DNA of 63,947 nt from a virus (taxonomy: Duplodnaviria; Caudoviricetes), in the IMG/VR virus record IMGVR_UViG_3300045932_000268, positions 1 through 63,947 of that record. One strand, given 5' to 3'. Position 1 is the first letter of the stretch. Each line of letters begins with the position of its first letter. This document shows positions 54,213 to 63,873 of the stretch, piece by piece. The notes under the pieces are model-generated. The model did no database searches. It was not told the DNA's origin and was given only the letters and a program-made list of their open reading frames with translations. The translations under genes and the position numbers were made by a program.

Positions 54213-55094
54213 GTGGACATGACAATGAGCGTCACCGACATCGCGGTGGATCGGCAGTACGACCTACTCACCACAATCCGCAACGCCCCGTTGAACCCAG
54301 ATGCGATCCGGATCGCCAGCAGATTGCCGAAGCTGTTACAAGACGCCGTCCCCTGTTACTGGAGTTGGCCAGCCGTCCGTGTGGCCGTGGCAGACGCCAA
54401 GACGTACCCGCTCGAGGCGCACGTCATGCGGGCCGATCTCATTGCACCCGTGCAGTGGTGGTACTTCGATAATCCCGCGCTGCCGCTCGTGGCGCTGCGC
54501 GCGGAAGCCGAAATCGCGGAAGCTGTACTGGTCGTCGATGGAACCCGCCTCCACAGCAGCTACGCCAACCATCTCATCGCGTTCTTCTTCGTGCGCGTCA
54601 AGCTCAATGACAACAAGGAGCCGTATCGTGTCCCGCTGCCCGCCTGGGTGGCGTACGTACCCTTCCACGCGCCCTGGAGCAGTGCCTGCACTTTCGATTC
54701 GATCCTCACCAGCCATCCGATGGACGAGCACGAGATCGAACAAGCCTCAGCCGTCATGATGTTCGTCGTGTCCGCGATCTGCTGGTTGCGATCCACGGTG
54801 CCCCAGCGCGAGCGCACGATCGTGTCGCGTGGAACACGGCGGCGGTTGGGCCTCAGCACGGACCATCCCTCTGCCAGCACGCACGTCATCACGTTGCGCG
54901 CGAGCGAACACACCGCCCCCGCCACCGCCCATCACGAGGTGGAGTGGTCCTGCCGCTGGAGCGTGCGATCACACTGGCGCAAGCAAGCCGTCAAAGACGG
55001 CCATCGCCTGACCCTGATCCCAAGTTACGTCAAAGGCCCAGAGGGCAAACCCTTCCGCCCACCGGGCGATATTCGGTACAAGATCGACCGCTGA
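54213..55094 (+). CDS. Phage hypothetical protein
   Basis: C-terminal WSVRSHWRKQ...IPSYVKGP motif seen in many phage proteins. Confidence 0.7.
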   Translation: MDMTMSVTDIAVDRQYDLLTTIRNAPLNPDAIRIASRLPKLLQDAVPCYWSWPAVRVAVADAKTYPLEAHVMRADLIAPVQWWYFDNPALPLVALRAEAEIAEAVLVVDGTRLHSSYANHLIAFFFVRVKLNDNKEPYRVPLPAWVAYVPFHAPWSSACTFDSILTSHPMDEHEIEQASAVMMFVVSAICWLRSTVPQRERTIVSRGTRRRLGLSTDHPSASTHVITLRASEHTAPATAHHEVEWSCRWSVRSHWRKQAVKDGHRLTLIPSYVKGPEGKPFRPPGDIRYKIDR

Positions 55095-55117
55095 CCAGTC
55101 TCCTGCGGCAGGAAGCG

Positions 55118-55873
55118 ATGACACAGAAGCCGGATCCCCTCGCACACGCCGCCCGGAAGTATGAGTTTCGCCCTCGTGGACCCTTCGAAGGGGCGCAGCA
55201 GTACAAGGCGGCGCTGATCGCCCACGTCGCAGACCGCGACCTGGCCGCCGCCGAGGAGCTCCGCCTCGGGCGACCGCAAGCGGAGTGGACGCCAGCCGAG
55301 GTGACGGCCTTTCGCGAGCACCTGTTCGCCATCCACCGCGGCCCGCGCGAGCAGTTGCCCCCAGGCACACCGATTCCGATGATCGATGGCGGACAACATC
55401 CGGTCAGCGAAGACAGCCTGCTGACCCTGGCGGCGCGCGGCGTCGCGGCATTCGTGGAGAAGCGGCAGGTGGACGCCACGCAACCGCTGTTCATCATGGC
55501 GAACGTCCTACTCACGACCGGCCACGTGTGGATCGCGCCCATCGTCGAGCGCGGTGATCGCGTGGCGGTGATCAAGACCCTCGCGCAGGAGATGCCGGTG
55601 TTTGGATTCTTCGTGGTCTTCGATGCGTTCCTGCATCGTATCTCCGCTGCCGGGCAACCCACCCAGCGCGCGGAGAAGATCGACACGATCCTGGCGCATG
55701 TGGGCACGCGTGATCTGCGGCGCCTGATCACGCGGCCGTATCGAATCGTGCGCGGGCGGGCGATCTTCGACGACCCGCCGCCGGCCGATCTCGACAAACG
55801 CGGGCCTGAAACTAAGTTCGATCCCTACGCCAGCATCTTCGTGTCGGTGCCGCCGTCGGCGAAGCCACAGTAA
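55118..55873 (+). CDS. Hypothetical protein
   Basis: Start MTQKPD with an AGGA SD. Confidence 0.65.
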   Translation: MTQKPDPLAHAARKYEFRPRGPFEGAQQYKAALIAHVADRDLAAAEELRLGRPQAEWTPAEVTAFREHLFAIHRGPREQLPPGTPIPMIDGGQHPVSEDSLLTLAARGVAAFVEKRQVDATQPLFIMANVLLTTGHVWIAPIVERGDRVAVIKTLAQEMPVFGFFVVFDAFLHRISAAGQPTQRAEKIDTILAHVGTRDLRRLITRPYRIVRGRAIFDDPPPADLDKRGPETKFDPYASIFVSVPPSAKPQ

Positions 55874-55898
55874 GGTATTGACGAGCACGCCGGAGACG

Positions 55899-56393
55899 AT
55901 GACGATGCCCTACTACGACACCATCGAAGAAGACCTCGCGCGGGCGAAGGCGATTCTGGACAAAGTGAACGCGACGCGGCGACGGGTGGAGGGCGGAGCG
56001 ATCAGCGTCGAGGATGTCTCCGCCGCCTACCAACTGCTGGAGCGCTTCGTCGCGGAGATTGAGCGGCTGCGCGAAGAACGCGATGCCGCGATCAACATCA
56101 GCAACATGGCAGTGACCGCACGGCGGGAGTTGGAGCGCGAGGTGAGCGCGGCTGAAGAAGGGGGAGAGTCGATCACTGACGACCCGGACGACGCGCTACG
56201 AAGGTGGGAACAGTGGTGGAAGCTCGACGCCGTGATGGACACGTTCACCGCCGACGACTTCGCCCGCGTCACGACCAAGTTCTTCGCCGGGCTGCTGGCC
56301 TTGCAGAAGGGCTTTGCGACGCGCTACCCCGACGAGTGGCGCCGCTGGGAACGTGAATACTACGGTGACAACGACGACGAGGAAGGACGTTAA
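55899..56393 (+). CDS. Coiled-coil hypothetical protein
   Basis: GGAG SD; acidic and helical. Confidence 0.6.
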   Translation: MTMPYYDTIEEDLARAKAILDKVNATRRRVEGGAISVEDVSAAYQLLERFVAEIERLREERDAAINISNMAVTARRELEREVSAAEEGGESITDDPDDALRRWEQWWKLDAVMDTFTADDFARVTTKFFAGLLALQKGFATRYPDEWRRWEREYYGDNDDEEGR

Positions 56394-56406
56394 CGGAATC
56401 ACGGTT

Positions 56407-56613
56407 ATGCGATCCTGCAACGTCGAGTATTCGCCTCATGTGCGGTGCGTGCTTCCCGAGGGGCATTCCGGGGAGCACCTGACGAAGGGCAATCTTCGAT
56501 TCACTGTGCCAGAACACCGCTGCGGCGTGCGAGGCTTCGCGGAGAGCGGGGACCGCTGCCCCGCGTGTGTGTGGCACAACCGCTTCGCGAAGCGTGACGG
56601 GCACCCCCGATGA
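56407..56613 (+). CDS. Small Cys/His-rich protein
   Basis: C...CVLPEGHSGEH...C...CPAC. Confidence 0.5.
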   Translation: MRSCNVEYSPHVRCVLPEGHSGEHLTKGNLRFTVPEHRCGVRGFAESGDRCPACVWHNRFAKRDGHPR

Positions 56614-56970
56614 CCGCCCCTGACCGCCCCATGAACTACATCCTTGACGAGCACGGCAACCCGCAGCCGTGCGACGACCTGATGACGTGGGCGCGCTGGT
56701 TTAAGACGGCCGACCGCACCGTGAGCAACGACTACGACGAGGGCGACGAGGGCAAGACGATCCGCGTCTCGACGGTGTTTCTCGGACTCGACCACAACTT
56801 CATCGGCAGCGGCCCGCCGATTCTCTACGAGACGATGGTGTTCGGCGGCGTGCTCGACGGCGAGATGGACCGCTACGCCACGCGCGAGGAAGCGATGATC
56901 GGACATCAGGAGATGTGCCGGCGTGTCTGCGAGACGCTGGAGAAGCGTGACGGGCACCCCCGATGACCGC
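56589..56970. repeat. 29-bp perfect direct repeat (56589-56617 and 56942-56970) at two successive gene junctions
   Basis: GAAGCGTGACGGGCACCCCCGATGACCGC; encodes KRDGHPR* and MTA. Confidence 0.9.
56610..56966 (+). CDS. Phage hypothetical protein
   Basis: VSTVFLGLDHNF...LYETMVFGG...RYATREEA..GH. Confidence 0.75.
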   Translation: MTAPDRPMNYILDEHGNPQPCDDLMTWARWFKTADRTVSNDYDEGDEGKTIRVSTVFLGLDHNFIGSGPPILYETMVFGGVLDGEMDRYATREEAMIGHQEMCRRVCETLEKRDGHPR

Positions 56971-57361
56971 ACCTGAGCCTGGACCGCAGCCCTACGTGAT
57001 CTGGTCGTTCGAACACGACGCGTGGTGGCGCCCCGGACGCATGGGCTACACGCCCGTGTTCGCTGAGGCCGGGCACTACGACGCGGCCGAGGCCCAGCAC
57101 ATCGTTCTGAACGCGAACCGCTACGCGAAAGACGTCCACGAGCAGGCGCTGCCGCTCGACGTCGCCAAGACCTACGAGGCGCTCGGGTGGCACCGCCTGG
57201 CGCCCGGCGCCTATGACGACCAGGACGGTGGTCTGCACCTCGTCGTGAGCGAAATGCTCGCCGGCTATGGGTATCCCGACACGCCGGAGAACCGGGCCAC
57301 GCTGATCAAGGCGGCGCACGTCGTCGCCGGGGATCGCCCGATCGTCAGCGTCTTGGACTAG
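56963..57361 (+). CDS. Hypothetical protein
   Basis: YVIWSFEHDAWWRPGRMGYT. Confidence 0.7.
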   Translation: MTAPEPGPQPYVIWSFEHDAWWRPGRMGYTPVFAEAGHYDAAEAQHIVLNANRYAKDVHEQALPLDVAKTYEALGWHRLAPGAYDDQDGGLHLVVSEMLAGYGYPDTPENRATLIKAAHVVAGDRPIVSVLD

Positions 57362-57463
57362 GGTCTGCTCGTCGCAGGCGGTCATACCGAAGCGCCGATT
57401 TTCTGCACACTACACGACACACTCTGGGCGATCCGCGCGAATCTGTTCGGGAATTGACGTGAA

Positions 57464-57483
57464 GAATCCCGGTGGGGACGCCA
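57464..57483 (+). other. attP core: 3' end of a tRNA-Glu gene
   Basis: GAATCCCGGTGGGGACGCCA reads as a T-arm 3' side, acceptor stem and CCA, like bacterial tRNA-Glu (..GGGGACGCCA); non-coding context with flanking GCACA repeats. Confidence 0.7.
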
Positions 57484-57996
57484 CTACCATTTGGGCGATC
57501 TGCGGGTTTTCCTGAGCAAATCCGCGTGGTTTCGGTCATTCAGGCGAAAGGAGCGAGGTCTCAAAAAGTCTAAGGAAATCGCCGATCGTCATTTTTTGTC
57601 TGCACATTCCATCGCACACTGCCCCCCACTGTGCACACGGCCTCGAGGAACGGGATTCGTCAGCGTCGAAAACTCTCGATGATTGTTGATCGAATTACGT
57701 GCGCGCCGGACTTTCGTTTCCCGTTCGTATGGGGGTGGCCGTGCAAACAGGCTAGCTTACTCAGCATTCTGCGCGGCTTGATCCGTTGCCGCACAAGTGT
57801 GCGATGCGAATCCTGGTTCGAGCCCTTGTGGTCTAGGTGCTGGCACCGTCACACCGCCGTGGGCGGATCGAGGACGCAATGGCGAGCACAATCGAACCAC
57901 GCTCCGTCTCGTCTCTCACCCACCCTGTGCAGGGTGGGCCTCCCGGAGGCCCACCTGAAACACGACGATATCTTGCCTATTTGCCACATTCTGTGG

Positions 57997-58026
57997 TTGA
58001 CACCCCGCAGTCGGCTTCTGTACTGT
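57997..58026 (+). promoter_or_regulatory. Putative promoter (near-leaderless) for 58033
   Basis: TTGACA-18 bp-TACTGT. Confidence 0.55.
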
Positions 58027-58032
58027 TGAGGT

Positions 58033-58368
58033 ATGCCATACACCGATCCCATCAAACAGAACGAAGCCAAGCAACGATCCCGCGCCCGTGAGATCACCGC
58101 CGGGCGCTGCATCCGTTGCCCACGCAAGAATGACCATCCTGAGATCAACGCCCGACTCTGCTCAGAGTGTCGGAAGAAAAGCTCTGCCGAGAAAAGAATC
58201 GCCCGGGTCACCCGCGCTGAGGAACTCTTGGAAGCCCGTCTTGAACTTGCCTCGTTGCGTGCACAAGTCCTTCGCAAGGCTGCGTATTCCTCGACGACCG
58301 TCCGCAGCCGCGAGATCCTCGGCACACCACCGCGTCCACATCTGAGTACCGCGAACAAGCAACGGTGA
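58033..58368 (+). CDS. Basic Zn-finger protein
   Basis: GRCIRC...LCSECR. Confidence 0.6.
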   Translation: MPYTDPIKQNEAKQRSRAREITAGRCIRCPRKNDHPEINARLCSECRKKSSAEKRIARVTRAEELLEARLELASLRAQVLRKAAYSSTTVRSREILGTPPRPHLSTANKQR

Positions 58369-58384
58369 CTCCACTCACTCCAAA

Positions 58385-58789
58385 ATGGGTATCTACATTC
58401 GTCCCAAATCGCCCTACTACTGGATGTATCTCTCATGCCCTGGACAGCGCAGCCTTCGCCGCTCCACGGGCATTCTCATCGACGCTCTGACTCAGGCGGA
58501 TCGACAGCAGCAACGACGCATCGCCGTGGAGGTCTACCGTCGCACCGTCAATCAGTTCTCAACCCAACAGGAGCCACCTCCCATGACCCTCCAGGACGTG
58601 CTCAGCCAGCTCTCGGCGGCCCAGCAGGCCCTGCGCCATTCCTCCGCCGCCTTCGACACCGCTATCGCAGGCCTGCGGCAGACGCTCGACGCCGTGGCCC
58701 ACGCCAATCACGCACAAGGCGAAGCGATGGATGCCGTCATCCTCGCGACCGAGGAGGCGTTGCGGCTGTATCACGCCAAGGAACAGTGA
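58385..58789 (+). CDS. Integrase N-terminal (arm-binding) domain paralog fused to a helical domain
   Basis: RPKSPYYWMYLSCPGQRSLRRSTGILID versus Int RPHSPFWWMYLARPGRAGLRKSTGVRID; internal SD and ATG at 58583. Confidence 0.7.
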   Translation: MGIYIRPKSPYYWMYLSCPGQRSLRRSTGILIDALTQADRQQQRRIAVEVYRRTVNQFSTQQEPPPMTLQDVLSQLSAAQQALRHSSAAFDTAIAGLRQTLDAVAHANHAQGEAMDAVILATEEALRLYHAKEQ

Positions 58790-58853
58790 CCGAAGATGTT
58801 GATCGCAATCAAACCGGCCACCGGACCCGGTCCGCTACGCTACCCGTATCCTG

Positions 58854-59093
58854 ATGAGTGTCTATACGGACCTCGTGAAGCTCGGTGTCACTGAAGACAC
58901 CGCCCGCGCCCTTGCGGAAGTGGTTGCTCGCCCGCAGCCGGTCACCACGGACTATCTCGACAAGCGCCTCGCGGAACTGGAAGCGCGGCTGCTGCGCCAC
59001 ACGACGACGGTGCTGCTCGGCGTCACCGGCATCTTTGCGTTCTTTGTCGTCGCTAGTAGCGCGTGGCTTGGCTGGCTGATCGCCACGCGCTAA
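58854..59093 (+). CDS. DUF1640/CCDC90-like coiled coil with TM
   Basis: VYTDLVKLGVTEDTARALA...VTTDYLD..LAELEARL...TM. Confidence 0.55.
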   Translation: MSVYTDLVKLGVTEDTARALAEVVARPQPVTTDYLDKRLAELEARLLRHTTTVLLGVTGIFAFFVVASSAWLGWLIATR

Positions 59094-59130
59094 CCCATTA
59101 CCCATCAGGACGAACTCTCAAGGAGTCCGC

Positions 59131-59370
59131 ATGCCCACACCCACCCCTGCGACATCGAAACTGTTTCCGGATCCGCCGCCCCTGCAGTACCACTGGGGCT
59201 GGGACTACTACGAAGACGATGGCAGCCTCGCGGGCAAATTCCACCCCGGCTACCTGACGATGATCTGCTACTGGATCTTTATCGGGTTGCCCGGTCTGCT
59301 CTTCGTCGCCGGGGTGCTGATCTACACGCTGATCTTCTGGGGATCGCTGTTCTGGCGATTGGGATCGTAA
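59131..59370 (+). CDS. Small membrane protein (candidate superinfection exclusion)
   Basis: AAGGAG SD; long hydrophobic C-terminus; convergent with the ejection genes. Confidence 0.5.
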   Translation: MPTPTPATSKLFPDPPPLQYHWGWDYYEDDGSLAGKFHPGYLTMICYWIFIGLPGLLFVAGVLIYTLIFWGSLFWRLGS

Positions 59371-59378
59371 GCGACCGG

Positions 59379-61904
59379 TTACGGAGGCGTGGCTGGTGCA
59401 CCGAGCGGCGCCGGCTGCGCCTGCACGCGAGGGACGACGGGTGGCGTCTCACGCTGCGCTTCAATCTCGTTCAGGTCTCGCGTCAGTTGCAGCCCCAACG
59501 TCATGGCCAATGGGCGGTTGCCCCGTGACACCGCGCCGGCAAACCGCCGCCAGGTTTTGAATCCCTCCGGATGCGTCATGAGCTGGGACAGCGCCCAGAA
59601 GCTCCCGCCCGTGCCCGCACTGTAGGGCCAACTGATCCAGTTCCCCAGCGGCCCGAGAAATGGGGCCATGATCGTGCCATTGACGCCCGCCGCCATCAGT
59701 CCCTGCGTGATCGTGGCGCCCTGCGCCGGGGCAATCAGTTTGCCTTCGGCCACGACCTGCATCAGATCATCGAAGGCCTGCGGTCCGAACAGCGTGTCGA
59801 TCTTTTCGCGGCCGAGGCGCTCTAAGGCTTTCTCAAAGGCGTTGACTTGGAGATGCGGCGTAATGGCGGGCCGGAGGGTGCCATGCGTGGCCAGCCGCGA
59901 GGCGACTTGTGACCCGCTCAGCATCTCCCCACGTGTGGACTCCTCGAAGAGATCCTGCATGATGCGCGCTTGCACGGCTTGCCATTGTTGGGGTTGCAAC
60001 AACCCACGGACGGAGCTGATCTCCGCAATATCCATCCCCCGGATCATGTCCGGCACTCGTTCCGCCCCGGCGGTCTCGACCAGTTTCTTGATGAAGGCCT
60101 CGTTGAACACTTCCGCATCGGCGCGGAAGGCATTGGCGGCGCGCACGTCGGCCTCGAGTCCGGGAATGCCTGAGCTCCGGGCCGCCTCGATCATGGCGTT
60201 GTCGGTTTCCTCGACGAGTTGCTTGGCAATGCCCGCCGCCTTGCCCGGCAACAGATCTCCGTGCGAGCGCACGATCTTCAACAGGTCACTGCGGGCATCC
60301 TGATAGACCCCGAAGGGCAACCGCTTCGGGGATCGAATGATAGTTTCCAGGAGATCCGCGGATCGTTTCAGTTCGGTCGGTGAGATCAGTTGCGCTTCGT
60401 CCCGGATCCGGCGTAGCAGCCCAATAGCGACTTTCTTGAGCGGCGTGCTCGAGGCAAACGCCGGCCCAACGGTCTGTGTGACGAGCTTCCGCACGGGCAC
60501 CGTCAGCGGTTGCCCTTGCGGTCCCACCAGCAGTGACGGCTGCTGCGTGACCTGTGGTACCCGAATGCGGTGCGTTTGCACCTGCTGATCAATGGCGCCA
60601 TACATCGCGCGCAGCGTGGCCTGCACCTGATCCCGCGCTTGCGTCAACCCCCGTTCGACGAGCATCCCGATGTCGCGCGACGGCAACGCGCCACCCTGGT
60701 TGAGGCGCTGCACGATCCGGTCACCCATGCCCTGCAAGGCCTGCTGCTGGATCATCCTGAATTGCTGGAATCGGCTGGACCCGGTGACGGTGCGCTCTGT
60801 CAGGCGCTCGAGGAACCGCATCGGGGTCGAGCCGGTGCGTTCTCCATAGGTCTTAGGTACCCCCACAATCGTCCGTTGGGACGGCAGAAACTTGAAGGCC
60901 TTGAGCAGATTCGGCCCGAAGGTGCCGGTCAGTTCCCCGGTGGCCGTGGACCAGTCGCCGCTCTGCTGGCCTTTCTCGATGATCTCCGCGGCGGCGGGGC
61001 CCAGAAACGGGATCACCGTGCCCGCGCCGTGCAGGATCACATCGCCCCAGCGCCCCTCGTCGTAGGCCTGCTTCGCCTGGACGGCTTGATTCCAGTGCGC
61101 TTGGAGGCCTCCCTTGAGCAGCTCCGCCGCCATGGGAGCGAGCGGGCCACCGGGGAGGCTCCGGGCCACTCGTTCCTGCGGCGTCAGTCGGGCGAGCGCC
61201 TCCGGGCGGTTCTCCTCGATCAGCCGCTGCCCCATGGCGAGGACGCCCTGCGCGGGCTCGACTACGCCCGTGCGCCACGCGCCTTCGGCGAAGCCGCTGA
61301 CGAGTCCCGTCGCTGGTTCTGGCTCGAGGCCGGTCGGTGGCTTGTAGCGCGCGTAGTCCACCGGGGGCCCTTGGCCACGGCCGGGGATCCGGTACGGGGC
61401 GAAGCCCGGCCCCGGTCCCGCCCCCGTCCCGCGGCCCCGGGCAGGGGGCACAAGGTCCGTCTCCTGACTCGGGAAGCGCGTCAGGTACTGCCGATAGAGA
61501 CGCATGACGGCCGGGACATAGGCCTGCGTTTCGGCAAACGGCGGAATGCCACCGTGCTTGTCCACGGCCCCCTCCCCGGCGTTGTAGGCGGCGAGGGTCT
61601 TCTCCCAGTCGTTCTGATAGCGGTCCAGCAGAAAGCGGAGATGCGCCACGCCGGCTTGGACGTTCTGCACGATGTCGGTGGGATCTTTCCCGTAACGCCG
61701 GGCGGTGTCCGGCATGAGCTGCATCAGTCCGATGGCGCCCTTCGGGGACCGGGCATTGACATCGAACTTGGATTCCCGATCCGTCACCGCCAGCGCGAGG
61801 GCGATCGGCACCTTGACTTTGGTGGCTTCGCTGCCGATCAGCTCTTCGTACGTGACGGGCGTCGGTGCGGTCGGCTCGGGCGCCGGTCCGGTCTGGCGCG
61901 GCAT
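59379..61904 (-). CDS. Ejection/internal virion protein with N-terminal lytic transglycosylase (SLT)
   Basis: RESKFDVNARSPKGAIGLMQLMPDTA...LAAYNAG...ETQAYV. Confidence 0.85.
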   Translation of the reverse strand: MPRQTGPAPEPTAPTPVTYEELIGSEATKVKVPIALALAVTDRESKFDVNARSPKGAIGLMQLMPDTARRYGKDPTDIVQNVQAGVAHLRFLLDRYQNDWEKTLAAYNAGEGAVDKHGGIPPFAETQAYVPAVMRLYRQYLTRFPSQETDLVPPARGRGTGAGPGPGFAPYRIPGRGQGPPVDYARYKPPTGLEPEPATGLVSGFAEGAWRTGVVEPAQGVLAMGQRLIEENRPEALARLTPQERVARSLPGGPLAPMAAELLKGGLQAHWNQAVQAKQAYDEGRWGDVILHGAGTVIPFLGPAAAEIIEKGQQSGDWSTATGELTGTFGPNLLKAFKFLPSQRTIVGVPKTYGERTGSTPMRFLERLTERTVTGSSRFQQFRMIQQQALQGMGDRIVQRLNQGGALPSRDIGMLVERGLTQARDQVQATLRAMYGAIDQQVQTHRIRVPQVTQQPSLLVGPQGQPLTVPVRKLVTQTVGPAFASSTPLKKVAIGLLRRIRDEAQLISPTELKRSADLLETIIRSPKRLPFGVYQDARSDLLKIVRSHGDLLPGKAAGIAKQLVEETDNAMIEAARSSGIPGLEADVRAANAFRADAEVFNEAFIKKLVETAGAERVPDMIRGMDIAEISSVRGLLQPQQWQAVQARIMQDLFEESTRGEMLSGSQVASRLATHGTLRPAITPHLQVNAFEKALERLGREKIDTLFGPQAFDDLMQVVAEGKLIAPAQGATITQGLMAAGVNGTIMAPFLGPLGNWISWPYSAGTGGSFWALSQLMTHPEGFKTWRRFAGAVSRGNRPLAMTLGLQLTRDLNEIEAQRETPPVVPRVQAQPAPLGAPATPP

Positions 61905-61908
61905 CGTC

Positions 61909-63873
61909 TCACCTCGGCACGGTCACGATGTTGCCGTTGGCGTCCCGGGTGAGGCCGGGGACCACGCCCTGCGATCCAGTGCCCCCGCCGCCTGGCGTCG
62001 TGGTGTTGGGCGTCTGCGGCGGCGCTGGTGTCTCGTAGAGCGTGATCGGGCGCGTCACGAAGTTGACGTTCAGTCCGTACTCCTTCGCGAAGTCCTCGAA
62101 CTCCTGCCGAATGCCGGCCGCTGACGCAATCTGATTCTGCGCGAAGCCCTCAGCCAGATTGACGTATTGCTCCAGCACCTCGTCCGGCACCGATAGCCCG
62201 CCCTGACTGATCTTCGTCCACAACCCTTCCAGTTGCTGGCGCAGGGCCAAGCCGTACTCCGACCGGGCGAATTCCGACACCATCACGACGGAATACGGGT
62301 CCAGGATCTTGTTGAACGTGGTAATCAACGCAATCCCGCCGGGCGCCCGCGCCCCCTTCTTCAACGCATCAAACGCGGTCTTCATGTTCAGGAACTGCGT
62401 CTTGACCGTCTGCGCCGCTTGCGTCTCCCGGTTGAAGTCATTGCGCAACAGGCGGCTCTGGGTCACGACTTGGTTCGCGTTCAGCTCCCCCTTCCGCGAT
62501 TCGGCGCGTTGCCGCTCGGCTTCCAATTCCTTGGCGGCGAAGATGTAGGCCTGCGCTTTCTGCTCCTTGGTCGCTTGGGTGGGATCACCGCCGCCCCGAG
62601 CCAGGATCTCCTGCGCCCGGGCTTCCAACGCCGGCGCCGCGTTCGGATCTTGCGCGATCCGCGTGAGCCGCGTGTGATCCTCCAAGGCCTTGTCCATCAG
62701 CGTCCGTTGTTCGGTGGGATCGGGATCACGGCCGTTGGTCTGACGAAAGTTCGCCAGATCCGTTTCGTAGAGGGACCGCGCACTGAGGGTGCGCTCCGCC
62801 TCGGTGGGCGCCGGGAACCCGGCGAGCCGCTTGGCTTCCTCCATCGTCTTGGCTTGACCGGTTTCCAAGAACTGCTGCGCAGCCGCCATCCGGCCCGCCA
62901 ACGTGGCCTGCGTCGTCGCCGCCGTCTCTTGCGCTTGCGTTTGCAGGCGGCGCTGTTGCCGCTGGGCCGCCGTCGTCCACAGCCGCGGGCGCGGTGTCAC
63001 CGCTGCCAGCGGGGGGAACGTGGCCTGCGTAGCGGGGGCGGCCGTGCCCGGTTCGAGTCCCCGTGGAAATTCCGGGAAGAGATCGAGCTGCGCTTCCCCG
63101 GGGCCGGCAAAGGGCGATTGACCGGCGGCGAGGCGCTGCTGGGCAAAGGCGCTGGCCTTGTCGGCAATGGCTTTCGGGATCGGCTGATCGTCCGGCAGAT
63201 TCAGGAGCGTCTGCACGTCCTCGGCGGTCAGCGTCGGCACCAGGGTCGGGATCTCGGTTTCCCCCTGACCGAAATCGACGCCGATGGACAGTTCGCTCGA
63301 CACCCCACCATCGGGGCGGCGCAGGGCACCCAAAAAGCCTTCGCCCTTCGGCGTGCCATCGGCGCGGACGCCCCATGGCGTGGCGGGTGCCGGCGCAGCG
63401 GGTTGGGCCGACGCCTGATCGGCGGCCTGAGCCGGGGCCATGTTGGGGCGCGGGACGAGGTGGCCAGCCGACCACTGTGACATCACGTCCGGTTCTGCTT
63501 GGCGCTTGCCACCGTATCCGCTGAACGCCCGGTGTGCTCCTTGGAGCAGGGGCGCAAGATTCTCCGGATCCCCTAACGCATCCATGACCGACTGCGTGGC
63601 GGCACTACGGGCTGGGCGTCGTCCTCCGCGCGTTTTCCGTGGGGCGAAGAGGCCTTCCGGATCCGTGAGCATCCGGGAAATCAGCACGTTGCCGTAATCC
63701 GGATCGAGCGTCTGATTTTCGACGCCCTGCACCAGGAAATTGAAGAGTTGTTTCTGGCCCTCCATTTCCTGTTGTTCGCCCAGCAAGGCTTCGCGGCGTT
63801 GCTGCTGCTGCTGCTCAAGCCAACTGCCGCCAAAGCCCCGGAGGAGGCCCGCGAAAAAGCTGTTGCCTTCCAT
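61909..63873 (-). CDS. Ejection/internal virion protein
   Basis: 654 aa, Gln/Ala-rich and helical; lies between the pilot-like and SLT genes. Confidence 0.6.
   Translation of the reverse strand: MEGNSFFAGLLRGFGGSWLEQQQQQRREALLGEQQEMEGQKQLFNFLVQGVENQTLDPDYGNVLISRMLTDPEGLFAPRKTRGGRRPARSAATQSVMDALGDPENLAPLLQGAHRAFSGYGGKRQAEPDVMSQWSAGHLVPRPNMAPAQAADQASAQPAAPAPATPWGVRADGTPKGEGFLGALRRPDGGVSSELSIGVDFGQGETEIPTLVPTLTAEDVQTLLNLPDDQPIPKAIADKASAFAQQRLAAGQSPFAGPGEAQLDLFPEFPRGLEPGTAAPATQATFPPLAAVTPRPRLWTTAAQRQQRRLQTQAQETAATTQATLAGRMAAAQQFLETGQAKTMEEAKRLAGFPAPTEAERTLSARSLYETDLANFRQTNGRDPDPTEQRTLMDKALEDHTRLTRIAQDPNAAPALEARAQEILARGGGDPTQATKEQKAQAYIFAAKELEAERQRAESRKGELNANQVVTQSRLLRNDFNRETQAAQTVKTQFLNMKTAFDALKKGARAPGGIALITTFNKILDPYSVVMVSEFARSEYGLALRQQLEGLWTKISQGGLSVPDEVLEQYVNLAEGFAQNQIASAAGIRQEFEDFAKEYGLNVNFVTRPITLYETPAPPQTPNTTTPGGGGTGSQGVVPGLTRDANGNIVTVPR

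Noticed and set aside
57790-57850. tRNA gene around GGTTCGAGCCC
   Set aside because: A T-loop-like word is present, but I could not build acceptor, D and anticodon stems; needs tRNAscan/Infernal.
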